DNA of 63,384 bases, the filler included, from Parasitella parasitica NRRL 2501 (Eukaryota > Fungi > Mucoromycota): assembly GCA_025201805.1 (NCBI GenBank). It is 7 parts of 7 records of this genome, joined end to end, with 100 filler letters (N's around TTAATTAATTAA, not from the genome) between each part and the next. Parts side by side here need not be neighbours in the genome. Positions count along the whole stretch, not along the records: positions 36,389 to 63,384 come from MU619372.1; 6 more parts are not named here. One strand, 5' to 3'. A model generated the notes under the pieces. The model was not told the origin of the DNA and did no database searches. It saw only the letters and a program-made list of their open reading frames with translations. Each line of letters opens with the position of its first letter. Positions within the stretch are counted from its first letter, which is position 1. This document shows, piece by piece, positions 39,481-53,212 of this stretch. The position numbers and the translations under genes were made by a program.

Positions 39481-40994
39481 AAAGAGTGTAGGATATATAA
39501 TTAACACTTGAAACCTTTGACATGGTCTAAAGCTTTATTATACTACAGTTTTATATTGAATAATAATTAGACTATTAAACTTCCAAAAAAAAAACTTCTT
39601 AATATCATTTTAAATCAGAAGATTTTATAAGCGAAAACAAACAGCAGATTAAATATCAGCAAAGGATATTTACCGTAAAGGCAAATGAAAGATCCTCGTT
39701 TAAATTCTTAAACGAATAAATGGTGAGCCGTTTCAAAGCTTAGGCCAAAACGATATAGTATACACAGCTTTAGTTTGATAGCCACAGTCAAATATGTATA
39801 ATTTAACATCAAATCGATATCTTAATGTCTCCTCTTTATGTCATTCATCTATACAACTGTTACATTTTCCCCTGTCCTGAATTTTATATTACGAAGCTCC
39901 TCTTGATTTGCGTCTATATTTCTAAGTTGCAGCCCTCTCCCACTCTCCTTTCCTAAAATCTATAACTTTACTATTCAATGGAGTCAAGCTGAATGTCTCA
40001 TATTGACACAATCTTCATATATACCTTCGGAGAAGACAAGCTGCAATGCCTGAAAATGTTAATTGTTTCAAACAGCTTGGGTGAAACGAGCTTTGACCTC
40101 TAGGTATGTAAGACGCATCTAAAACAAACTGAATGTAGAAAAAAATTAGCATTTATTCAAAATATAAAAGTTTATGTTTAGCTGACAGGCAAGCATAAAA
40201 AATTAGGATTGTGTATTTTTTATATAAAGCTTGATTATTTACTTTCGTTTGTGCATGAGCCCTGCGATATGCAAGTAAGGGTATTGCTGCTCTATTACTT
40301 CCGAGACAGATACAGTATCCATAGCAACCAAATAAGGAGCGCCGATTCTTGTTTTTTTTTGTTGCCACAATAAAAAGAGAGGCCCAAGCATGTTACTTGC
40401 TGAATGCCTATTACCAATAGCTGCTGTTCATGTTGGAGAGAGAGCAGTTGGTGGTGGGTTGGGTGTCGGTGGAGGGCGGGGGTTATTTGGTCTTGGCCGC
40501 CTACATTCTACTTTATGCAAGAAAGAATGTTTGCCAATGCTCGCCATCATTAAAGGATGGTAGTTAATTTTCAAGCAATTGGTTATGCTTTGTGCTAATG
40601 ATTTCTAATTTCAATGATAGGCCAAATCAATCGTAAGTATGCTGTGTGTATTGATAGTGTTTCTTCTTTTCTTTGAATGCAATCATAATACAAATAAACT
40701 GGTATCCCAAAATTTATATCTATAAATGTCCAATGTTGGTATAAATTTTCATGCAAATGAACTATTATCATATGTTTTACCTTTTTGAAAAAATCACTGT
40801 GTTTTGTTTCTTTCTTCCTTATGTCAAATCAAAATGGGATTGACCTACTAAAGAAAAGAAGAAATTGTGTTCTTTTTTTTTTGTATTTAAATACCTAAAA
40901 TCCATTGTTTTCTCAGCAAGAAAGAGCGTTAGAATACAGTGTGACAATGCTCTCTTTCAACTGAAAAGTAATGATGGACACGTATGTCAAACAG

Positions 40995-41026
<32 letters not shown>

Positions 41027-42941
41027 TTGTTCATGTCATTCAATGATTGTCCTACTTACAGCAATAAAAGCCAAAAATAAACAGAGTTTTACATTCCCGA
41101 ATCTGCACCATATTTGAATAAACATTTCCAGAAGACACTTGTTGACAAAGATTGTCCCGGATCAAAAATTTCAGGCACATCAACCAACTGATTAAATCTT
41201 GCAGCAGATTCTATTGATTTTTTTTTCTATACAAATATACTTGAAACACACAAGTTTACCTTCTCAACAAAATAGACAAATGGGACATTGACCACCATCG
41301 TATGATCAGTGGATTACCCCTTGTTGCACTTTGCCCTACCATAATTTAAAAAAAACCGCATTAGCGGGCCAAGAAAGTGAGTATTTAGGTGGTCATAGCT
41401 TCTCTGTTACTCCATCAATACTAAACAAACAAAATCTGGATTGATTCTGGAAAAAATTTGGAATATGTATAGCTTCATCAAAAAAGATAAGTATCTCTGT
41501 TTAATCTGTGCTACTTGAAAGAACAGCTAACTTTCTTGATTATTTTGTAGCCAATTGATTTTTTCTTTGGTAATAAACTTTGCTTGTTTTGAGAACTCAA
41601 ATGATGCTCTCAAAATCACAAATATAACGGCAATGCACAAAAATTTTTACATTGACGTAAGCCTATTAGTATGATGCCAGAATTTATCTATTCCGTTGAG
41701 TTATCGCTTCTTTTTTATTCCTAGAAACTCGAAATAACGGTTTACTTTATAGCGATCTAACTCGAATAAATCTAAGATGGTCTTAAAATTCAGATTATTT
41801 CATATCAAAATATTCAAGATCGTTACGAACTATTTTGTAACAATTCCGTCTTATTACTTATTAATTGTATTCATAAGCACTTGATAATGCTCTTGAAATG
41901 CTTTAGTGTGAGAAAATTTGTAGGGCGTATACTTTTCATTCTGGTTACATACTATTTATCATATCAATCATGAATTAAAATATCCCGCTGGTTTTATAGG
42001 GTGCATAGGCCACTATCTTTGTTTATTACAAAATAATTTGCATGTCAAATTATTCACAAATGGTCATCAAACATCGCTTTTTTTCTATTCTCTCGAAGGT
42101 AACTAGATGAACACATATATAAATAACTTGAGGGTGATTAAAATAGGGTTTAGGATTATATATGATAAATATGTTGTACAGATTGATGCGACCAAATAAA
42201 ATATACATTGAAATTTGACAGCCAGTGCTTATACCAATACCCCACTGCTTAGTTGCATAATAGTGCTTCAATTACTTAGACATCGCCACCATCACAATCA
42301 ACGAATTTTATATATATATGTATATATCAATAACGCATTTTATTCGTGTACACTCATCTTTAACATCTGGCCGTAGTAATGGGTGCAACGGTGCATGATG
42401 ATTACATTTACGGTGTCTCTAACACGCTTCTTTTGCAAGTAAATAATAAAATTGGCTATATCGATTAGTGTAAGATTAACTTGTAATCCTCATCGATGGA
42501 TATATATTAACAATTAGCCGATTGTCATCATGTTGTACATGAACTCCCATTTGCAGTATAAATGCCTAGGGCATGATATTCCCTTAAAAGATTTACCGAT
42601 GATACATCGGGCATCCAACTCCACATTCGCCCTTGTCTCTCCGCGGTTGCATTGATGAAACTATTAAAATCTTTCTAATGCATTTCACATGGTGCACTGT
42701 ACTTTTTTGCAGATTTGACTCATCTTTTGGGGAAGTGTGGTACAAACACCTGCATTTCTTTGTTCCCAATTTACGATTCAGCGGATATTCAACGTTGTGA
42801 ATGTATAAAGCACATGTTAAAAATGAGTTACTATCCTGCTGCTTCTATGATTTCTCGCATAAACTGTTATATTATGTGAAAATTACATGTTTATTAAGAA
42901 TTAATTTATGTACAAAATCAGGCAGAATGAAGAAGGACAAG

Positions 42942-45900
42942 TTAAAAGTTATTCAAATTGGTGGGATGAGTGTGGGCATTGTAAGCATTGATCTTTTCTT
43001 TCCCAGAGACTTGAGATAACATGCCTTTGTCTTGCATATTCTCGTTGCCAAGTATCTTTCCTATAGTGTTCTACTATATAGGCTTAGTGTCATATACCAA
43101 CTACACATTAACACCTGTATATTACCTGAATTGATCCACGTCGGTGTTCACTTCTACCATTCGACAACGTGCTTTTAGTGGGAGCATCTGCATGAGGTTG
43201 TTCGTTTAATTTAATAAAGTTAACTTCACCGTTATCAGCAACATTAACAGTTCCAACAGGCTTCAATGTATGCACGTCAGGGACTCGAGCGTAATCTTGT
43301 CTTGCAGAACCAGTAGCTGCCGGATTCCCATTATTAGTGATTATGAAACCTCCATTTGGATGCTGCAGTTGCTGGACTTGGTGGCTAGGTACAGCAGAAA
43401 CATTATTGGAACCAGTAGTGGAATTATTGGCAGTACCGGCTGTGGTGGCAGGCATGGAGCTATTATTTTTCTCAGTAGCCGTTAATGTTTGGTTCTTAAA
43501 AGCTTCGGCGGCAGACATGCGACGTCCATCCTTTGATTTCTTGTCGGACCTGACACTCAAACGGCGGAAAGCAGACTTGATTCCTTCGGTCAAACTTGAT
43601 TTATGCTTGAGTTCGGGGTTTTGAAAATCACGAGCGCTATCTTTTACTTCATTTGGTCGAGAAGCAATTGCAATTCCAGAGCCAACAGCAGCAGCGCCGC
43701 CAGAAGCAGCGGCACCGCTAGCAGCAGTATTGTTACCAGTACCAACGGCAGGAGACGGTACAATGCTGCCATTTATGGCACGAGTGCTACTAAAGCTATC
43801 CTTGGAACGAGCCATGTTGCCAGGGACTGGGGTGCCTGTGGAACCTGCAATGATGGGAGAAGCAAGGCCTTCAGTATCAAGGTTTTGCCTCTGGTTAGGC
43901 ACAAATCCAGCAACAACAGGAGCAGGACCAGTACTACCAGATTGAGGATGCAGAGTATCATTGGCACGATCCTTTGGAGTTTGTTGAAGGTTTTCAGGAA
44001 GATCAGCCGTTTCGGTGTTGCCGGCAATGATGGGAGCAGGACCAATACTACCAGTTTGAGGATGCAATGCGTCATTAGCCGGATTCTTCGGAACTTGACC
44101 ATCAAGAGTATGCATCTGCTGAGGATGAGCGTTATTATCGTTAGCAGCACCAGCTAAAGGTTTTTGATCTACAGTATGATCTAAAGGTAACGGATCGATA
44201 TGTAAAGAATTATCCTGATTGTTACGAACGGCAGAATCATTAGATGTATGTTTGCTACGATCATGTTGTTGAGAGCCCAAGATTCCACCGACAGCAGCAG
44301 CAGTGCCTGCAACAGCGGGAATGCTTTTATGAGTATCAGATGGACCAAGTCTGGGCGATTCTGCATAACGAGGAGTGCTGTTTTCAGGCGTCATACTACG
44401 AGGAGTAGTGCGATACACATCGCAAATATCATTCGTACGATAATTAATTGTTGGGTTACCAGAGCTGATCATATTTTGTGTAGCTCCTTGGGCATTAGTA
44501 CGATAAACATCTCGAATATCATTTTCATAAACTGCAGTTGTAGGAGAGTAATTTTTATCAGAAATTTCATCAGAATTTACGCCTTGCGCGTTGGTACGGT
44601 ACACGTCTTGAATATCATTCGGTGAAAGAGAACGTTCAGGAGTGACACCTTGAGCATTAGTCTGATAAACAGCATTGATGTTGTTTGATTCTGGGGTGGT
44701 GATTTGACTTCTGCGGCCAGTACTAGTACTATTATGAGAACTTGTGGATTTGTTAGATCGAGCACTACTCTTGCGGTTAAGGCCAAAAAGTCCACCTGTA
44801 GCAGTACCAACCCCAGCGCCAACAGCAGCATCACTGAGGGCATTGTTGGTAGAGGAAGCATCCATGGGCGTGTGCCGATTTTGGGGAGCTACTGGAGCAG
44901 GGGCTGCGGTCTTGGGAACTTGACCCTCTTCCAAAGTTGAATCGCCCAAATCGGCTCTCTTGATAGGTTCAGTCAGTTCAATCGCTGGGACAGCGTTTGA
45001 GCCTTCAGAATGTCCAAGACCATCAGACCTAGCACCAGTGTGATCCTCGTCAATGGGTTTCTTGTCAAGCGAGTGACGACGAATAGCATCTGCATCAATA
45101 GGTTCGCGGTTGAAGGCTGCAATACCAGCACCTGTTCCAATTGCACTGGCAGCGCCAATTGCAGCACCATCAGTGACGCGGTGAGAACCAGCTGGGCAAG
45201 AGCCAGCAGTGATAGCATCTGAATCTATTCCCTCGGAATCATGAATGCCGCTGAAGTTCGACCCTTGATCAGTGCTGACAGGATGAGGATTGATTGAATC
45301 AGCTCGAGTTAAATCGTTGTCCATTATAGCACAAGATTTGATGGCGTTTCTAGCATCAGAACAAGACCCTTGTTTATCGCAGTAGAAGCTAGGATTCTGA
45401 CCGTGAATTGACGGCTCTTGGACATGAGCACAATGAGAGTTAGTATCATCTTCCTTTTCCTCGCAGATACAATCTTTTGTATAGAAGCAGGGATTCTGAC
45501 CATGGATAGAGGGCTCGTGGGTGCAATTAGTGGCATCCTTCTTTACAGGGTTCTGGGGAAGAATATAGCCAGCATTTTGTGTGCTTGAGACATTTTTTTG
45601 AGAAGCATCAGGCCAGGCACTTGGCATCTTAGTGTCATTTAGCTCAGATGGATCAGACTGATGTTGACCGTTGGTGCCCAGTAAAACAGCTGCAGCGCCT
45701 GAAGCAACAGCTGCGGCTCCAGAGGCAACGGCAGATGCCATGCCGGACAAGCCGTTCATTCCAGTTGCATAATCATCTGTTTGCTTGTTGGTTTGATCGA
45801 GAGAACTTATCTTGCTAGAAGGCAAAGATGCTGAAATTTTTTTATCAGTGGAAAGTGCACTTCCACTAATCGGTACATTGACATTAGCAGCAGTAGACGT

Positions 45901-46524
45901 GGCGGATTCCGGAGAGTGTACACCTCCCAAACCAGAGACAGAAACGCCATTCTGAACACCAGAGCCGCTCCCCTCATTGTTCAATGACTCACGTCTTTTC
46001 GTAGAACCTCTTCTTTGATTACCAGCAGATGGCAAAGTAGTGATAGAACCTCGGTGCAGTCCTGCTTGATCCAAAGTAGAGCGAGATGTGGCAAAGGGTT
46101 CGGTAGTATTTGAATCCCCAAAGAAAGCGACGTCTTCCTCATGGGTTGACTGGGATTTAGTTGCATACCCAGGAGGAGGAACAGCGCCAGTTGCAGTACG
46201 ATCTTTGTGAGCTATCATATCGTCAGAACCACTGACAAGATCAGAGCTTTGGTTGGATCTGCCCTCTGGATTAAGAATATAGCCGCCAAAATCACTTGGG
46301 AAAACGTTGGTTGGTTCACGCTGAGGTTCAGCATGAGAAGTTTGGTCGATATGAGAAGACTCTTGCTCATGACTCTGATTGCTACTCAATGGAGCACTTT
46401 CGACATTATTCGATCTGGATGGTCATTATGATTAACCGATGCACATTACATGTACGCCATAATATAACTACCTGTTATTATCATCAATTTCAATATCTTG
46501 ATTGTTGTTACGATTGTTGAACAT
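42942..46524 (-). CDS. Large hydrophilic, low-complexity protein with internal repeats and C-terminal CsbD-like motif (3 exons; main exon ~43126-46414)
   Basis: 1093-codon open frame. An upstream exon MFNNRNNNQDIEIDDNN(R) joins in phase via the GT-AG intron 46415-46471. The last exon gives RRGSIQ/NTIGKILGNENMQDKGMLSQVSGKEKINAY..NNF*. Confidence 0.75.
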
Positions 46525-47160
46525 TGACGCAGGATTCCAATTTACCATTTTATAAAGAGAGAAAGAAGTATTTGCATCTGTGGATCAGATTTCGTTGATG
46601 ATATAATGAAAGTCTTGAAACCTAATTAGGGTAAGCATGGGTATTACAAAGCGAATTGGTTCTGTTTCAATGTTTTAGCATGAATTTAATTTTTTTTTTT
46701 CAAACATTGTCTGATCGAACGAACCTTACATGACAGGAGTTTCTTGTAATTAGCAATGAATATTTGTTTTGAGCTCTTTTTGCCACTAGATCAGACAAGT
46801 GCTGCTAGGAAAATCAAACCACGGTTGTATGAGCACATGATGACAAAATTTATGCAATAACTCAATGATAGCATTGTAGGCAATTGGACAAATAGTAGAA
46901 AGGCAAATTGCATTAACGCAGATAATGTGATCGCGTGCTATGAAACTTAAAGCAAGGCTCTTCTAAACTTGCAATTAAAATACTATCATCATTTGGTGTC
47001 TGCATGTACTTCAATTATAATCTTTGTCGCGTTTAGGATATCTAAAGATTGCCAGGCTTCAGTGTTCCATAGTGCCTCGGGCACGAGGTAACACCAATTT
47101 TTTAATACTGAAATTGAGAATGTTATACAATGAGATAGTTTTAGTTATCTAACGAAAAGC

Positions 47161-48361
47161 TTAGTTGATTTGCTTCAATAAAGCAGCCAACTCGGCAGAG
47201 ACCCTATCACCAACTTCAATAGTTGATTTGTCTCCCTTGAGGTCGCGGGTATGGAATCCGGAATCTAAAACTTTACGGACAGCTTCTTCGATGGCACGAG
47301 CCTCATTCTCGAACCCAAGCGAATATCTAAGCAGCATAGCAGCACTAAGAATAGTAGCGATGGGATTGGCGATACCTTGGCCAGCAATATCAGGAGCGGA
47401 GCCGTGGATAGGCTCATAAACACCGAGACATTTACCCTTACCGTCAGGAAGGCCACTAAGAGAAGCTGAGGGTAACAAACCGAGAGAACCGACAATGACA
47501 GACGCCTCATCTGAAAGGATGTCACCAAACATGTTTTCAGTTAAAACGACGCCATTGAGACTGCTGGGACGTTGAACCATAGCCATCGCACATGAATCTA
47601 CAAGTTGGTGGTCGTATTGAAGCTCGGGAAACTCCTTTTCCATGGTCTCGGTGACAGTTTTGCGCCAGAGACGAGATGTAGCCAAAACATTGGCTTTGTC
47701 AACAGAGTGAATCTTACCAGGAGGTGATTGCTTCTTAGCTAAAAGAGCGGCTAATCGAGTAACACGCTCAACCTCTTCTCTAGAGTAAGGAAGAGTATCG
47801 TAGGCTGTAGAGAAATCAATTTAGTAAGAATAAAGTTGATTCTCTTCTTTGCCTTCCATCCAAAACCGATTACTTACCTTTGCCATCTTCACCAGCTTCC
47901 TGTCGATCCCCAAAGTAGATACCACCGACCAATTCACGAACAAATACGAAATCAGTACCTTGAACAACATGATCTTTTAAAGGGGAAAGACCTGTAAGAC
48001 TTTCGGAGGCAAATGAAACAGGGCGCAAATTAGCATACAAATCCAAAGCTTTTCTGAGCTTCAAGAGACCTTGCTCAGGACGAGGACCACTACCAATCTG
48101 AGCACCAGGAAGACCGCCAACAGCACCCAAAAGAATAGCATCGGCTGTCTTGCAAGCATCAAGAGAGGAGTCGGGAAGAGGTTCACCAGTCTTTTCCATG
48201 GCATCTAAACCGATCAATTCATATTTAAAGTCGAATTCAGCATCGAGTGCTTGGGCTCTGTGTTCAGCTACAACCTTTAAGACTTTGACAGCTTCAGCTA
48301 CAATTTCGGGGCCCACACCATCACCGGGGAGACACACGATAGAAATTTTTCTGGGAGACAT
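47161..48361 (-). CDS. LEU2: 3-isopropylmalate dehydrogenase; intron 47805-47877
   Basis: [101 protein letters not shown]. Confidence 0.97.
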
Positions 48362-48454
48362 GGATTACGGTTAATTTTGTTTGAAACTTACGAAAACAAA
48401 AAGAAAAAAAATGCAACTGTTACTTAAAAATACGCTTTATAACTATCTAAAAAA

Positions 48455-48502
48455 ATGAATCATTGCCATTGTAGCCAATCATCTAGATGAGTCAATGATT
48501 GG
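48455..48502. promoter_or_regulatory. LEU2 promoter: Gcn4/CpcA-type site TGAGTCA (48488-48494) between inverted CCAAT boxes, plus variant TGAATCA (48456-48462)
   Basis: Sequence ccaatcat-ctagaTGAGTCA-atgattgg, 95-140 bp upstream of the ATG; the TGA(C/G)TCA consensus is established for Gcn4/CpcA. Confidence 0.6.
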
Positions 48503-49706
48503 GTGTCTATCAGAGTGACAAAGAGGAGTGCTCTTAAAAGACAGGTTGCCTGAGGTTTAATCTTATGAACAGCAATATTTGGGTTCATCTTCTTTGGTTT
48601 ATGCGAATTTGGCTGCTGATTGCGCGCTGCCTTTCATAAAAAACCTAGTTTGCACTTTCTGTATACTAATTTGCATTACAGATAGAGATTGGTAAGTTAA
48701 CTGAAATACTCAGAGGTGATCAAGATGTAATTGATATATCTGATGGACGAAAATCTTCTAGCCTGAGGAACTTTGCTTTAATAACAGCTCGATTATTTCG
48801 CAAGAGTGTATTTCTATTTTCTTCAAGGTCAACACGACTTAGTGTGTACGATTTTAGCCTATCAACAAAAGCTGTTCATCTCACGGGTTTAAATTTTCTA
48901 CATAATAAACATCTTCAACGCATTTTAAGCTCAAAATGTTCAAAAATACAAACCAGGTTTTTTTTTTTTTTGCCAAATTCAGATCAAAGATACTTTTTTT
49001 AAAAAAAAGCTACTATATAGAATTTTCTGCTCTATAAGATAGTGTGATAAAAAAAAGTAGTTTGCTAAAAATTTTTGGAGAAAATCATTTAATTAAATTG
49101 TTTCTAGCCCAGTATTTGATTTTTATACAGTTCTCTGTCAAATTTAGTTGATGCTTACAATTCATTAACTTTCTATCTTTGTTCTGACTCACAATGTTGT
49201 GTATTCCAAGGTCGTTTTTGGGACTAAAAATAAAAATCAATATTTTCCTGGATTTTCATGAGGGTATAGTTGGGATTTAGGGCAGTTCAAAAGTGCTGAC
49301 TAAAATATCCGAATTTTAAGATTTAATCAGCTTGAACCTAGGGAATTATCTCCTCTAGCCTAAAAACCTGGGGTATTCAATCACGAATCTCAGAAACTGT
49401 TCCCATAGAATAAGTTCTACGGTTTTATGTTAGTGATAGATTTTTTCATTAAGGTATGGATTCTAACAAATGTCCTTGCTAATGATGATTTTGCATGCTT
49501 TGTTGAGTTTGCACAACTTCCACAGTCTGACATGATGTACCATGTCTGGACGATACCGTGACAACAAATTTAATAATTTATAACAATTTTTATTCAAAGT
49601 GGATGAAACAATTTTTTTAAAAGGGTGAAGTGTATACAGAAAGGCGAAATTGGGTTATACATTACTAATAAATAGAAAAAAAAAATTTTTTTCATTTGTA
49701 AATGAT

Positions 49707-50955
49707 TTAGTTCTTGCCGGCGTTTTCAGGTCTAAGTTGGCGAACGGTCTTGCCAGTTCTCCAAATTTCTGATTCACGAATTTCTCTGAGTTCTTCTTCA
49801 AGCTTCTCACGGTAATCGGGTTGAGAGTTGCGATCAAGAGATCGAGCAGTTTCGGAACCATCCTTGACAGATCTGTAAAGATCTTCAAAGACAGGCTTGG
49901 AAGCATCATGGAAAGGCTTCCACCAATCAAGAGCACCACGCATAGCGGTTGTAGAGCAGTTAGAGTACATCCAGTCCATGCCACGTTCACCGATCAGAGG
50001 ATAAAGCGACTGAGTAGCTTCCTCAACAGTCTCATTGAAAGCTTCAGAAGGAGAGTGGCCATTGGCTCTTAAAACTTCATATTGAGCTTGGAACAAACCT
50101 TGAATAGCACCCATCAAGACACCACGCTCACCGAATAAATCAGAGTAAACTTCCTTTTCAAAGGTAGTTTCATACATATAACCTGAACCAATACCAATAC
50201 CTAAAGCAATGGTGCGCTCTTTGGCGTGGCCGCTAGCATCCTTGTAGACAGCGAAAGAGGAGTTTATACCACGGCCTTCCTGGAAAAGACGACGTACAGT
50301 GAAACCGGAGCCCTTGGGGGCAACGAGAATAACATCAACACCCTCGGGAGCCTCAATGTTGGTTTGATCCTTGTAAACGATAGAGAACCCATGGGAAAAG
50401 TAGAGAGTCTTGCCAGGAGTCAAAAGAGGCTTCATTTGGGGCCAGATTTCCTTTTGGAAAGCATCGGACAAGAGGTTCATGACAACAGTACCCTTTTCGA
50501 CGGCATCCAAGACAGGGAACAAGTTCTTTCCGGGAACCCAACCTTCTTCAATGGCTTGCTGATAAGTCTTACCTTCACGTTGGCCGATAATAACATTGAC
50601 ACCATTGTCGCGCAAGTTTAAAGCTTGACCACGACCTTGAGGGCCGTAACCGAGAACAGCAATAGTATCATTCTTGAAAGTTTCGAGCAGCTTTTCCTTA
50701 GGGACATCAGAGCGCTCGTAAACGGTCTCTTTTGATCCTCCAAAGTCAAGTGTCTTCATGCCACGAGATTGCATGATAGGAACAATCTGCTTTGGATTAA
50801 TACTTTGGATAATTGTGTTGACACTTTATAAAGTAACTTACGGTAGCAGCCTTAACAAAGGATTGCTTGATAGCAGGTCTGGCAGCGGCCACAACAGTGG
50901 GGCGGGCCATAGTGGCAGCTCTACGGAGAGCAGTAGCAAAGACGCGAGAGGACAT
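49707..50955 (-). CDS. ILV5: Ketol-acid reductoisomerase, mitochondrial; intron 50787-50841
   Basis: Exon 1 MSSRVFATALRRAATMARP.. (mitochondrial presequence); GYGPQGRGQALNLRDNG, LLSDA, YFSHGFS, VAPKGSG, EVYSDLFGERGVLMG, CSTTAMRGALDW, VRQLRPEN. Confidence 0.97.
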
Positions 50956-51699
50956 TTTTCAATTGATATAATTTGAAAAAAAGAAGAAAGAGAAAGAAAA
51001 AAAATAAAAAAAGCCTAAAGCGAAACTAAAAAGTGGTTTTATACACGAATTAGAGTAACTCTAAATGCCCATCTTTCATTCGTGTGTTCCATTTGCAATT
51101 AATGATTCACTGACAAATGCAACATTTGTCTTGGTTAAGGGTATTTGTTACTTGCAAGTTATGAACAGTCTGCCAATAAGGTTGGATGTGTGTAGAGTGT
51201 GATACATTTTGGATCTGTCTATCCGATTGGCTGGATTAAACTTCTTGTTGATCTAAAAGGTAAAATGTAGATGGTGCTTTTTTGGTAAGCCGCATGTACA
51301 AGCTAAAATAAGATGCGATATGTTCCCGATTTTGCATTGTGATTAGCACGGATCAGTATCTACCCAAGGGAAATACCTAAAAGCCAGTTACTACGTTAAA
51401 TGCCTCTAACTTTTTGCGCATCACAAACTCCCTGCATTGCAATTTGGCGCATGCAAAATTCATAGCAATTACAAGTTTTATACACTCTTCTGCATCAATA
51501 TTCAACAATCGACAATCGACAATCGTTTATATTGGATGTCAAATAAACATTTTATAAAAATTATGTCGCAGATCTTCTAATTGATGCAACAGAATTTACA
51601 CAAGATGACATTCATTTTCTTGCAAATATAATTCGGTTTGATCTCTGCGATACGCCAGTTTTTTTTTGTCAATTATTTAAATTTGCTTTAGGCTCATAC

Positions 51700-52480
51700 A
51701 ATTTTCGTATTTTTAATGAAGGTATCTTGCCTATTAGTCTTTCAAGTTTTCCGAGACATATCTCAAAATTGTTAACAGAGTGCTCAGCAATGTTAAAGAG
51801 ATTTTTACTGCCAACGGCTCCGCTTGCTTCGTGGATTCTAGCTTTACATCCTCTATATCAGCAAATAAACTTTTTTTAACTGCATTTTTGAGGAGTGACC
51901 AAAAGTTGTCAATTGGAATAAGTTCTGGAGAGTATAGAGGAAGTTATACTGCCCTGTAGCCTCTAGCTTTCGTTACTTTTGTTATCTCGTGTAAAGTGTG
52001 GAGTGGTGCGTTATCCGCTACAATATAAAATATGATTGTTTAAGGGAACTTGTAACAATTCATCTAATATTTTAGAAATGAATCTCATGTGGTGGCCAGT
52101 ATTTCTCTTGATATAGCCATCAACCTTCACTTTCTTGGGCTTCATAGGCTTCCTTATTTGTGGGTCGCTAATAAGACTCCCAGAGTAGTATTTGAGAGAA
52201 AACGAACAGTAGGTGCTTCAACAATTGCTAGTGTACCGCGAATTAAATGAGCATTGGGGCTCCCCATAAGAATACTGAAGCTGGCTTCGTCCGCAAAAAC
52301 GTAGTTATAGCGCTTTTCACGGTCTTTGCCCAAGGCTGTAATGAAATCCACTTCACAGCTAGATTGCAATTGTAAAAGATAAAATTTCCACAGCTTAGCT
52401 CTTTAATGTGATAGAAAACAGCCTTATGATTGTCGAAATGGACATTATATTTTCTACGAGCTACTACTTCGATAATTTCC
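51700..52480 (-). pseudogene. Degenerate Tc1/mariner (IS630-like DDE) transposase between ILV5 and ILV2
   Basis: Minus-strand fragments YVFADEASF, ADNAPLH and GYRAV*LPLYSPELIPIDNFWSLLK correspond to the D, D and YSPxLxPIE motifs; stops and frameshifts. Confidence 0.8.
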
Positions 52481-53212
52481 AACTACTTTCTCCATTTTGA
52501 TATCAAGCTCTTCTGTGGGCTTAGCCGGAAAGCCTCTCTGGTAAGATCGGTGCTAGGTTCATTGTCATTAAGGTTTCATTTCCCTGCTCTTCCACAACGT
52601 TTCCCTTAGCATAAACAAATCTTGGTATATTCTCGGTCTATCTCACTATTGGACCACGATTATCAAACGTGTGCTACGGTACTGAATAGTGGTAAACAGC
52701 TTTATAAAATTTATATCAAACCTGTCATTCTCCCTTTTTTCTTTTCTTTCAAGCAATTTTTATTTGTTGGACGCCGTTATCGCAGGCGCTCCCTGAAGCT
52801 CGGGTTTAGCAGGTCCAGGGCGTGATGTGCTTACAATCTACAGTCTGGGAATTTTATTTAACAAAGAGAACTATACTGTATTTATTGCTAAAACCATTTT
52901 AAGAGTTCGGGATAGCAAAATAGGTTTCCAAAACCATCATATTTAAATGAAGAATAGACCCAAGCTACCTAATATTACGCTTTAGTTAATAATTACATGA
53001 CAGTTGTTATTCGTCGCTTTATTGGCTCATAACAAAATGTTAGAGTCTGACCAGGTTCCCATTTGGCTGATAATGATAAGAAGGAGCTCCGATATGTACC
53101 CCACATTTGGTTTGGTGTGAGCAAGTGGGAATCATATTGATTATGAGCCAATCAAACAGATAATTTTGCGTTACCTTGGCATACTATGCAATTGACCAAA
53201 GAGCCTGATTTG

